Source of the DNA: an uncultured Gammaproteobacteria bacterium
Lineage (GTDB): Bacteria; Patescibacteriota; Microgenomatia; Curtissbacterales; GWA2-41-24
Reading direction: 5' to 3'
NCBI GenBank assembly: GCA_964492425.1
Contig: CAZBKB010000007.1
Coordinates: 1 to 50,082 of the forward strand
Length of the DNA stretch: 50,082 nucleotides
A program made the translations under genes and the position numbers. The notes under the pieces were generated by a model. The model ran no database searches and was not told where the DNA came from. It was given only the letters and a program-made list of their open reading frames with translations. Below, piece after piece: positions 9,703 to 19,820 of this stretch (the first letter of the stretch is position 1; the number at the start of each line of letters is the position of its first letter).

Positions 9703-10563
9703 TCAGAGTCTGGATTTAACCTCATAACTTCCATTACCAAACTGTATCAATACATCACCTTGTATATCATTTCTCAAAATTTTAACTCCGAATTTATTTA
9801 AGCTCTCAATAACTTCCCGTTTAGGATGCCCATAGCTGTTACTTTGCCCGACCTGTATAACTGCAATTTTAGGCTGCATCTTATAAAGTGCAACATCACT
9901 TGTCCCGCTCTTGGAACCATGATGCGCTACTTTCAAGATTTGGCAATTCTTGTCTATCACATCTTCTAATTTCTCAACAGGCACATCACCCGTCAAATAG
10001 GCACAAATATTCCCATAGTTCATTCTCGCAACTATACTAGTCTCATTTAAATCACTTCCTGCAGCAAGCTTCCAAAGATCCATAAAACTTTTGGTTGGCC
10101 AGAGAATTTCAAAATTCACGTCTCCAAACTCAATCCTGTCTCCACGAGCAACCGGATACAGTTGTGCCTCTTCCTCCCTCACCAGTTTTTCCCAATCCTC
10201 GAATAACCCGCCACTTCCCAAGGCTCCCGTCCATAACACGTGCCCTACCTTATACCGCTCTAAAATTTCTATCTGCCCCTCCATATGGTCCTTTTGTGGG
10301 TGGGTTATTACCATAATCTCGATTTTCCTGTCCCAAAAGGGCATGTACCTGCCCAAACAATCGATCATTTTGCTTCCCAAACCGCTGTCAAATACTATTT
10401 GCCCTCCTCCACCGCCAAATATCACAAACCCGTCACCCTGCCCTACATCACAAAAAACCGCTTGAACTCGACCTTCTTTCTGCGCCTCTTGGGCAAAAAA
10501 TACCCCTCCAAGTACAACAATCAGAACTCCCGTCAAAATAAGCCTTAAATGCATACCCATCAA
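9703..10563 (-). CDS. ComEC-associated metallo-beta-lactamase-fold nuclease (split ComEC C-terminal domain)
   Basis: DVGQGD, THPQKDH, N..S, LTGD, LKVAHHGS, NSYGHP motifs; translationally coupled to comEC. Confidence 0.92.
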   Translation of the reverse strand: MMGMHLRLILTGVLIVVLGGVFFAQEAQKEGRVQAVFCDVGQGDGFVIFGGGGGQIVFDSGLGSKMIDCLGRYMPFWDRKIEIMVITHPQKDHMEGQIEILERYKVGHVLWTGALGSGGLFEDWEKLVREEEAQLYPVARGDRIEFGDVNFEILWPTKSFMDLWKLAAGSDLNETSIVARMNYGNICAYLTGDVPVEKLEDVIDKNCQILKVAHHGSKSGTSDVALYKMQPKIAVIQVGQSNSYGHPKREVIESLNKFGVKILRNDIQGDVLIQFGNGSYEVKSRL

Positions 10564-11765
10564 ACACCCTCCCTACTGTAACCTTTCCAAATAAGAACAA
10601 GTCCTAAAATAAGAGCAGCAAACAGCACAAAATACACGGCACTGCCGCCAAACCCCCGCACATAAAATGTATCGTATTCTGCAAAAAGCTCCACCACTCT
10701 TACAAAATAATGGGCAGGCATAAAAACAACATACGACAGTAATTGTGCAGCCGGCATATAAACCAAAGAAAGTGCACTCAATACAAACCCTAAAATCATA
10801 ATCGGAAAAACTGCCTCACTAACCAAAATATTCACAAATGGTGACAAAAGAGAAACCGACCCAAAGTGGTAAAGGATAACGGGAGCCGTAAATGTAAAGG
10901 CTCCCACACAAACAGCCGTAATTTCACCAGCTACTGGAACCCGCATTAATTTCTGAAGGTAAGCGCCGAGGGTTACTATTCCCAAGGTCGCCGCAAAAGT
11001 CAGCTGGAACGAAATTGAAGTGATTGCAGCAGGCCACACAAAAATAATAGCCATCGATGCCGCAAAAAGCGAAAAGATAGCTGTTGTCGCCCGACCAAAG
11101 AAAAGCGCCAGAGTGGTTACAATAACCATAAGAAGCGCTCTCACCACCGGGGCTTCAAAACCTGTTAAAAACGCATAAAATGAACATGCCGCTATTGCCA
11201 AAACCATAGCACCGCGTCTTCCCAAATATTTAACAAGTGCCAAAAATACACCGGCAACGATCGATAAATTCTGTCCGCTTACCACAACCACATGGATTGT
11301 ACCGGTTTTAATCAGATCATTTCGGAAATCTCGGCCAATCCTGTCTACTCCAAGCACAGTCCCCGCAACCAGTGTGGCTTCTCTGGCAGGCAAAAGAGTT
11401 TCTACTTTACCCACAATTTTCTGCCGTAAATCCCAAAGCCAACCGGAAAAGTTTTCCTTGTGTTCAATAATTTTTATTTGAGGATCCAGCATCGTTCCCG
11501 TTAAATCAACCTTGCCTTGAATATTAATTCTGTCCCCTACACGAATTTTAGGATACAAGGGCGCAAAAACAGTCACATCACCCACTGAAAGCTTCTGCGA
11601 GCTCTCCAGCGTGAAAACCTGTGAGACCTCAGTTTCCATTTCTAAATAACTATTTTTGGGCAAAACAACAGGTCTCCAGAAAAATAACCTGGCAGAAACA
11701 AGAAACAATAATATGCCCCAAACAAACAGCAGTGTCAGCTTTTGTTGGTTAGGCCCATTCCTCAT
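10560..11765 (-). CDS. comEC: ComEC/Rec2 competence DNA-uptake channel
   Basis: TGTIHVVVVSGQN, PVVRA, SFQLTF motifs; multiple TM helices. Confidence 0.93.
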   Translation of the reverse strand: MRNGPNQQKLTLLFVWGILLFLVSARLFFWRPVVLPKNSYLEMETEVSQVFTLESSQKLSVGDVTVFAPLYPKIRVGDRINIQGKVDLTGTMLDPQIKIIEHKENFSGWLWDLRQKIVGKVETLLPAREATLVAGTVLGVDRIGRDFRNDLIKTGTIHVVVVSGQNLSIVAGVFLALVKYLGRRGAMVLAIAACSFYAFLTGFEAPVVRALLMVIVTTLALFFGRATTAIFSLFAASMAIIFVWPAAITSISFQLTFAATLGIVTLGAYLQKLMRVPVAGEITAVCVGAFTFTAPVILYHFGSVSLLSPFVNILVSEAVFPIMILGFVLSALSLVYMPAAQLLSYVVFMPAHYFVRVVELFAEYDTFYVRGFGGSAVYFVLFAALILGLVLIWKGYSREGV

Positions 11766-12142
11766 TCATCAACAGTCACGAGGGGGCTTATCTTTTCATA
11801 AATTGACCTGCCAACCGCTTTTTTAATAACTAGCTCATCAACAGTTACATAAGGCCTGCCGGCAATTATTTTACCTGCGGTTACAGGACCTACCCCGGGC
11901 AAATTTTCTAGCTCAAGAGTTGTCGCGGTGTTGATATTTACAGGATTTTCTGCTTTTGCACCGGCAACAGAACCGATTTCCCAGTCATCGTAATTTTCAG
12001 CAGAAATTATCTTAACGTCGGAAGATTCTGAAGCAAAGTAAAACATACCGGCACCAACTGCCAATGTAAAAACACCAACAAACAAAAGTACCCCGGAAAG
12101 AATCCTGTATTTTTGATCTTTTAAGTCGAAACCACCTGCCAT
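11762..12142 (-). CDS. comEA: ComEA helix-hairpin-helix DNA receptor
   Basis: N-terminal TM; VNINTA...LPGVGPVTAGKII. Confidence 0.92.
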   Translation of the reverse strand: MAGGFDLKDQKYRILSGVLLFVGVFTLAVGAGMFYFASESSDVKIISAENYDDWEIGSVAGAKAENPVNINTATTLELENLPGVGPVTAGKIIAGRPYVTVDELVIKKAVGRSIYEKISPLVTVDE

Positions 12143-12303
12143 TAAATTAGCCTTGCGTTGAAAAATTGAAAAGCAGAATACTGATACCCTTCTCCCATCA
12201 ACACTCGTTGACGCTGCACAAGAGCAATAACCAAAATCAAGACAATTACTGTCAAAACCAAGAGATGAAGCAAAAATATTTTATTTCTTAAACTGGGATT
12301 CAT
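12142..12303 (-). CDS. Small single-pass membrane protein leading the comE operon
   Basis: MNPSLRNKIFLLHLLVLTVIVLILVIALV...; its stop overlaps the comEA start (TAATG). Confidence 0.55.
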   Translation of the reverse strand: MNPSLRNKIFLLHLLVLTVIVLILVIALVQRQRVLMGEGYQYSAFQFFNARLI

Positions 12304-12447
12304 ATAATATTTAACCAGATCCAACCCCTAAACCATCTTACTTTAAAATAAACTGCCCCGCATTGAGTGTCAAGAAAAGTCAAAAAATGATTGTTCATTA
12401 ATTCACCCAAACCTGCACTTTTCCCCTATAGGATAAAATCTAAGCAC

Positions 12448-12921
12448 TCAAAACTGCTGTCTGCCAACTAAAATTCGTTTTCTATATTCTTTCAACCACT
12501 TTTTAAAAATTGGAATCAAATTTTGTGCACCCCGCACTGCAAGCTCCTTATTTATCACGCCTCCATGGTGTGGGTGCCTGAACATTCGCCTGTTCATACT
12601 GGAAAAACCGTGAGCATAGTGACACAGTTCGTGGGCAATTGTATAGTGGACAACACCAACCGGTACCACCTCATCACGAAACATTGACGTGATGGTAATC
12701 ACACTCTTTTTAGGCTTGTCACCAATTCTTATCAATCCCCCAATACCTTTGTGACTATTATCTCTCTTAATGCTCTTATAACTAACCAGCTTTATCGAAC
12801 CAAACCTGTACCTAGCCTCCCTACCCCATTTAATTTCAATAGGATTAGTTATTTTAACGTTGGGAAAATACTCATCAAGAAGAAATTTAAGCTGTGTCTT
12901 AAGCCAGTCGTGGTCACGCAT
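12448..12921 (-). CDS. SprT-like zinc metalloprotease
   Basis: YTIAHELCH motif plus downstream HPHHG. Confidence 0.75.
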   Translation of the reverse strand: MRDHDWLKTQLKFLLDEYFPNVKITNPIEIKWGREARYRFGSIKLVSYKSIKRDNSHKGIGGLIRIGDKPKKSVITITSMFRDEVVPVGVVHYTIAHELCHYAHGFSSMNRRMFRHPHHGGVINKELAVRGAQNLIPIFKKWLKEYRKRILVGRQQF

Positions 12922-12970
12922 TACTTTTATTTTAAGGCAAAAGCAAATTTCTTCTCAACCCATCTAAAAA

Positions 12971-13591
12971 TTACATTCCCGGATTGTCAGAAAGAGAAAC
13001 AGGCACAACCATTGCAAGCTCAGGAGTCAACTCGACCACCCGCTCGGATGCAAAAACTGTCTTTCCACCCATAGAATCCATGGGAAACGCTAACCACTTG
13101 GCCTGAGAATTTCGATCCCAGGGAGCCTTAGGGTCACCACCCCAGACTGCAAGCGCCCTTGGAATTCTCACACCGACCGGGAATTCGCGCCTCGCCCCGG
13201 CAGAAGTGTCCCGCGCATCTGCTTCCGTCTTAGGCTTGTTTCTGACACTGGCCCTCGTTTTTCCCCGAACCTTTTCGCCAACAACCAAAATATCATGAAC
13301 AAAATGCTCATCCGCCGAAGTTTCAAAAAGTCGGGCTGCTGCTGCCTGCTCACGCGTGTCCGGGAAACTGTTTGGCAATTTCCCTTCACGTTGTGCATCT
13401 AAAACCAACTTTCCACCAGCTCCAAATGCCGCAACAAGAGCTAACCAAGCCGTAACACTAACTACACCGTCACCAAACTCTCTCCTACTAACCCTTCTAT
13501 CCAAAAATGATCCAGTGGCCCTTCTGGGAGATTCAGGTATAGAATCTCTTGCGTCTTTTAATTCTCCTGAAATTTCTACTCGCTCATTCAT
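12971..13591 (-). CDS. Hypothetical single-pass membrane protein
   Basis: 206-aa ORF with its own consensus promoter; SRREF precedes a hydrophobic helix. Confidence 0.75.
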   Translation of the reverse strand: MNERVEISGELKDARDSIPESPRRATGSFLDRRVSRREFGDGVVSVTAWLALVAAFGAGGKLVLDAQREGKLPNSFPDTREQAAAARLFETSADEHFVHDILVVGEKVRGKTRASVRNKPKTEADARDTSAGARREFPVGVRIPRALAVWGGDPKAPWDRNSQAKWLAFPMDSMGGKTVFASERVVELTPELAMVVPVSLSDNPGM

Positions 13592-13600
13592 ACTTTACAT

Positions 13601-13629
13601 ATTATAAGTTATATTTTAATCACTGTCAA
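13601..13629 (-). promoter_or_regulatory. Perfect sigma70 promoter TTGACA-17-TATAAT
   Basis: tgtcaa at 13624-13629 and attata at 13601-13606 on the + strand; ATG 9 nt downstream of the -10. Confidence 0.8.
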
Positions 13630-13687
13630 AGAAAGACTGCTAATTCCCTGCTCCCTCCCTTCCCAATCTAACAATATAGCAATCTTC

Positions 13688-13959
13688 TTAATAATCCACA
13701 AACACCTTCAAAATATTCTCCGAAACTTCCACTACTGCTCGTCCAAGGTTAAAATCAAATCTTTTTCCGCTCTCATCAAAAATTACCGCATTACCAAGGG
13801 CAGTAGTCACCAGATTCTCGTGCCCGGGCAAAATATCGTAGGGACCTACGTCATTTGTTGACGAAAAGCTACGCACATAGCCTTCAAAACTCAAACCCTT
13901 TTTATAAGTCGGCGATAAAATCACCGTATAAATCACATTGTTTTTCGCAGTAACTTGCA

Positions 13960-13960
<1 letters not shown>
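13688..13960 (-). CDS. atpC: F1 ATPase epsilon-like subunit, beta-sandwich only
   Basis: ILSP...FEG...GPYDILPGH motif; follows atpD; 90 aa with no C-terminal helical hairpin. Confidence 0.8.
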
Positions 13961-15339
<1,379 letters not shown>

Positions 15340-15400
15340 TCATCAGTCTTTTAGTATAATTTTTCATGCACATAAACTAACGGGTTAATTCACCTCAAAC

Positions 15401-16282
15401 CTACCGGTTAACTGAAAATATACTCTTGCTCTCCCATGTGCTTCTCGCCCCATAAAGTTGTGTCTGTTTACGGTTGTTAACATCCTTATTAAAACGTATT
15501 TTAAACTTGGCAAGCTGGTTAAATGCTGCATTTATGCGCTCCGCAATCGCACCTATTTCCAAAATCTTTACCTGGACAGCGTTTTTGGTTAATCCCGCTT
15601 CAAACAACTTCTCCAAAAAAGCGCTGGCTATCATCTGCTTTTCCAAAAGCGCCAGAGGAACACCAGTTTTGGCTTCAAAATCGTATTTTTTACGTTTCGG
15701 CACATTTTCAACAATTACACTTTTAGAAATATCTTCCCGCTCAAGTTCCTGAGTCAAAATACTTTTATATTTACCCCAAAAAATCACAATCTCAAGATAA
15801 TTCCCCAATTGTTCGCTTACACGGCTAACTACATTCCAATCTGGCTTATCATCATCAAAATCAAAATAGAGCACATTGCCTGCCTTAAAACCAAATTTTT
15901 TAAGCAGGTTTTGCCCTGTCTGCCCAACCACAATCCCGTCCGCATCCCCTCTTCTAAACTCCAACATAAATTGGCGGACCATTGAATCAAGCAGCCTCCC
16001 AACATACCTGCTTTCAGACGAAACCAGAATCAAGACCTTTCGTCTCGAAGGAACCCTGTATGCGGTTCTCAAAATTACATCACTGTCTTTATGCTTTTCA
16101 GCAATCGCAATCTTGGCGTAAGAATAAGATTCTCGCGCCTCAGCTAAATGCCTGTTCAGCCTGTCGATTTCCTGCCTATTAATATCCATCTTACGAGCGG
16201 CAGCATGCTCAAAAACACGGGTAATCGAACGGATATCTTCAAGCGACTCCTCAAGCTTTTTTAAAGCATACTTACTGTTCAT
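15401..16282 (-). CDS. atpG: F1 ATPase gamma subunit (highly divergent)
   Basis: Located between alpha and beta; 293 aa; N-terminal IRSITRVFEHAAARKM helix, ILVSSESRYVG, terminal coiled coil. Confidence 0.85.
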   Translation of the reverse strand: MNSKYALKKLEESLEDIRSITRVFEHAAARKMDINRQEIDRLNRHLAEARESYSYAKIAIAEKHKDSDVILRTAYRVPSRRKVLILVSSESRYVGRLLDSMVRQFMLEFRRGDADGIVVGQTGQNLLKKFGFKAGNVLYFDFDDDKPDWNVVSRVSEQLGNYLEIVIFWGKYKSILTQELEREDISKSVIVENVPKRKKYDFEAKTGVPLALLEKQMIASAFLEKLFEAGLTKNAVQVKILEIGAIAERINAAFNQLAKFKIRFNKDVNNRKQTQLYGARSTWESKSIFSVNR

Positions 16283-16301
16283 AATTTATACCTCGAAATT
16301 T

Positions 16302-17846
16302 TCATCTACTTGGAACCTTCACATTTCTCAACCTATCATGAACGATTGTCTCCTCAAGATCCCGCGCTCTTTTTTCACTGTTAATATAGGTGTCAAAAGA
16401 AGCGGCGTTAGCCCCAACAAAATCAATTAGTTCCCTCAAGCTTGCCAGTTTAATAAGTCTTAGCACTAATTTATTGAGAGCCCCGTGACTGTAAAAAGCA
16501 AAGAGCTTAAAAATATCATTTGCGATCTGCTTCTCGTTTTTTTGCGACCAGAACCCCGATATAAATAAGGCAAGCAGCAACAGTTGAAAATTAGGCGGGT
16601 ACACAAGGTCAGCATCCTGATTGAATATGACACCTAGCTTGACACCATTTTTGATTTGCTCCATTGTTTGCGCCGTAAGCTCGACCCCAAACCTCCCCAG
16701 TTCTTCAGCTTTTCTGGCCTGACTTATCTTTTGCCCAATTGCCACGTTAGTCTCCCTCTCAATATGAGACTTTGTCTGATTCCCCACTCTGGAAACGGAA
16801 AGCGTAAAGGAAATCGCCGGATGCCTGCCCTTTTTAAGTTCAGCAACGTCAAAGAAAATGTGGCCATCAGTCATTGCCATAAGGTTCGTTTGTATATAAC
16901 CCGACAGATCACCCTCGAGTGTTTCCCCGATCGGCAATAGTGTAATACCAACCTCGCGACCATCCTTAAGCCTTAAATTTCCTGCCCGCTCTACCAGCCG
17001 TGCATGCAAATGAAAGATATCACCCGGATACGATTGTCTGCCGGGAGGCCTTCTTGAAATAAGCGATATTTCTCTGTAAAACTTGGCGTGTGTCGTTAAA
17101 TCATCAAAAACCACCAGAGCATCTTGTCCATTATCTCTAAAGTGCTCTGCAATAGACATCCCGCTAAAAGGCGCAAGGTACACCATAGGCGCCGGGTCAG
17201 AACTTGAAGCAGACACAATAATGCACTTATCAAAAACATTCATAGTTTTCAAATATTCTTCCACAAACTTAACATCGCTTTTTTTCTTACCTATAGAAAC
17301 GTAGATACAAACCTTCCCCTGTCTTGCCTGGCTCACCATAGCCTGCAGAGCAAATGTCGTCTTACCGGTCTTTGCATCGCCAAGAATCAACTGTCTTTGT
17401 CCATGGCCTATTGGAAACAGCATATCAACACCCATTATCCCTGTATCCATTGGCCTCTTTACACGCACTCTTTCAACAATCCCGGGTGCAACAGGATCAA
17501 CCTGCCTATAGGTGATAAACTTTTGGTCAATTAAACCCAAATGATCCTGTGCTACTCCAAACGGGTCGATAATCCTGCCCAAAAACTCATCGCTTACCGG
17601 AACCTGGAAAAATTCGTTAGTCCTTACAACCTTCATATCATGCAAAATATCCCTCCCCTCAAATATCATCACTTCAACCAGTTCCGGCAAAAGTGCTTTC
17701 ACAATACCAACCATTCCGTTTTCGGTAACCAGGAGCTCATTTATTCGGGCATTAGGAAGGCCGTTGACATAAAAGATAGAAGAGATTATCGACTGTACGT
17801 AGCCAATCTCCCCTGTTTCTTTAAAATAAGATTTGAAATCCTTCAT
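16302..17846 (-). CDS. atpA: F1 ATPase alpha subunit (divergent)
   Basis: PIGHGQRQLILGDAKTGKT, FDDLTTHA, RRPPGRQSYPGDIFHLHARLVERAG, TDGHIF, SVSRVG. Confidence 0.96.
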   Translation of the reverse strand: MKDFKSYFKETGEIGYVQSIISSIFYVNGLPNARINELLVTENGMVGIVKALLPELVEVMIFEGRDILHDMKVVRTNEFFQVPVSDEFLGRIIDPFGVAQDHLGLIDQKFITYRQVDPVAPGIVERVRVKRPMDTGIMGVDMLFPIGHGQRQLILGDAKTGKTTFALQAMVSQARQGKVCIYVSIGKKKSDVKFVEEYLKTMNVFDKCIIVSASSSDPAPMVYLAPFSGMSIAEHFRDNGQDALVVFDDLTTHAKFYREISLISRRPPGRQSYPGDIFHLHARLVERAGNLRLKDGREVGITLLPIGETLEGDLSGYIQTNLMAMTDGHIFFDVAELKKGRHPAISFTLSVSRVGNQTKSHIERETNVAIGQKISQARKAEELGRFGVELTAQTMEQIKNGVKLGVIFNQDADLVYPPNFQLLLLALFISGFWSQKNEKQIANDIFKLFAFYSHGALNKLVLRLIKLASLRELIDFVGANAASFDTYINSEKRARDLEETIVHDRLRNVKVPSR

Positions 17847-18376
17847 TTTGTCAACACTCCTACTTCCCTTCTCAACACTTCTTCAAGCGGAATATCTAAA
17901 GTCTGCCTGAAAACCTTTCCGCGGAACTCAATAACGGCACCGCCCACAATATATTCGTTGACAATCAGATCAATCAGGGTCTTTACACCAACAACAGTCG
18001 AGATCTGGTTTGAAAGGTTTTCCACAAAAGTATTAGTTGGCGCAAAAGCAAGAGTAATATTTGCAACCGGCAACCCCTTCAGGTAACCTACCAGTTCTTT
18101 TATAAAAGATAGTTGCTTGGCATCACCAACTGGTTCAAGACCTGCTGTCTCAATTTTCTCAAAAAGCGCAGGGGCAACGTCATTCGTAAAATCCCTTGCC
18201 TTTTCAGAAATTGTACCTTCTTTACCCCTAAAAAGTGCCCTCTCAATTAAAGTCAACTCATCAAGAAGCCGCAGTCGCCCGCGAATGTCATAAATAGAAT
18301 TCTCAAATGGCTTGAAAGCAACATTTAAAGCTGGTGCTTTTGTTATTTTTGTTGCTTTTAATACTGCTTGGCTCAC
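17843..18376 (-). CDS. atpH: F1 ATPase delta/OSCP-like subunit
   Basis: Position before atpA; C-terminal VNEYIVGGAVIEFRGKVF matches the delta C-domain. Confidence 0.78.
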   Translation of the reverse strand: MSQAVLKATKITKAPALNVAFKPFENSIYDIRGRLRLLDELTLIERALFRGKEGTISEKARDFTNDVAPALFEKIETAGLEPVGDAKQLSFIKELVGYLKGLPVANITLAFAPTNTFVENLSNQISTVVGVKTLIDLIVNEYIVGGAVIEFRGKVFRQTLDIPLEEVLRREVGVLTK

Positions 18377-18927
18377 CCAAACACCTTATCTTTCTTGGCC
18401 CGCTCAAGTGCCTTAGTGACCAAATCTTCATGCTCAGTCAAACTAATCGACCTGCCGATGACCTCTCGGGCTGCAGAGAGCACAATTTGCCTGATCTGCT
18501 CATCAACTGCTAAAAGCTTGTTTTTCCTGTACTCTTCTGCATCTTTTTCGATTTTCGAAAGCATATTGGCAACAAAAAACTGGCTTTCTTTTATTTGCTC
18601 CCGTTGTGCCTTTTCAATATAGGCGGCGACCTCAGCCGACTTCGCATGCATCAAGCGACCCAGCTCTTCGGAAAACTTATTAACTTCATTCTCAAGCTTA
18701 GCTGTCGAATCACTCGTTAAAGATTTAATATAGGCTGTGACAACCTGCTCGACATCACCTTTTATTTCTTGCCTTAACTTTCTTTCTTCGGAAGCTAATT
18801 TTTGCTCAACTGTAAGTACTTTCCAAATCCTTATAAATACAAAAAACACCAAAATCAGTGTGAAGAGAGTCAACAATATCGACACCGTTATAAGTGTATC
18901 CGTGTCTGTGTATAAAGGCAGATTCAT
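18373..18927 (-). CDS. atpF: Fo subunit b-like peripheral stalk
   Basis: N-terminal TM, long charged coiled coil, C-terminal AAREVIGRSISLTEHEDLVTKAL; position before delta. Confidence 0.75.
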   Translation of the reverse strand: MNLPLYTDTDTLITVSILLTLFTLILVFFVFIRIWKVLTVEQKLASEERKLRQEIKGDVEQVVTAYIKSLTSDSTAKLENEVNKFSEELGRLMHAKSAEVAAYIEKAQREQIKESQFFVANMLSKIEKDAEEYRKNKLLAVDEQIRQIVLSAAREVIGRSISLTEHEDLVTKALERAKKDKVFG

Positions 18928-18990
18928 ATCGTTATTGGTTCATAGTTATTAGTTCATAGTTCATAGCCAAGAGTCGCTAGTTTCCAGTCG

Positions 18991-19743
18991 CTAATTTGTG
19001 CCTCCAAGCATAATTATCACTACAGATGCCGCCAGCCCCACCCCAACAAACACAACAACTACAGAACCGGATATAACCATACCGCGGATTATTGTGCTGC
19101 GTGCCAGGGGGTTCCTTCCAATTGCAGTCACACCAGTATTCACAACCCGCAAAAAAGAAATTGTACCGATAACAAGGACAACCATTCCCAAAAGTGTGGA
19201 GAGGACAAGCCGCAGTCGTTCGCTGTTAGAAATCAAGGATCCTAAAAACCCGCTCCCGCCAATATTGTCTCCGATTTGCCTATAACCTATCTCCAAAGAA
19301 ACAGACACAAGGCCCTCGTTACCTTCAAGTCCCCCCAGGGCCTTACCTAAAACGTAGCCGGATTCGGTCGCTTTCTTCCCAACTCCAGCCTCCTCACTGC
19401 TTGTTATAAAATCCCCAATTGCGATATTTCCGCCAGAACTGCTAACCTTAACCTGTGCAGTTCCCGAAGAAGCTACAGCCCGCGTCTTATCGCTTCTGGG
19501 TTCAACCGATATGATTGGATTCTCAACAATCACTCCAATCATTTGTGAATCATAACTGGAGGCAGATCTGGCTAAACCACCTTCAGAAATCGACAAAATA
19601 TGCCCGACTTGCGCATCACCATCAGCTATCTCGGCATTAACCGCAACATGGGCTGGAGCTTGAGATAATACAGGCCGTGCAAATAGAGCAGCTGCGCAAA
19701 CCAAAAGTAGGCAAAATACTAAATATTTCACGCCTAATCCCAT
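18991..19743 (-). CDS. Fusion protein: signal peptide, exported beta-rich domain, and a subunit-c-like helical hairpin lacking the acidic residue
   Basis: Occupies the atpE position; C-terminal TM-GVTAIGRNPLA-TM resembles the c-subunit R(Q/N)P loop; N-domain YDSQMIGVI...GTAQVKV...GNIAIGDFITSS...GVGKKA...GYVLGKAL. Confidence 0.75.
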   Translation of the reverse strand: MGLGVKYLVFCLLLVCAAALFARPVLSQAPAHVAVNAEIADGDAQVGHILSISEGGLARSASSYDSQMIGVIVENPIISVEPRSDKTRAVASSGTAQVKVSSSGGNIAIGDFITSSEEAGVGKKATESGYVLGKALGGLEGNEGLVSVSLEIGYRQIGDNIGGSGFLGSLISNSERLRLVLSTLLGMVVLVIGTISFLRVVNTGVTAIGRNPLARSTIIRGMVISGSVVVVFVGVGLAASVVIIMLGGTN

Positions 19744-19820
19744 ATTAGCACTTTCGCCCCCAAAGGCAAATATGTCGAGGAATAAATGTACTCTAGTGTA
19801 ACTTTATGTAATTAAGTGAA

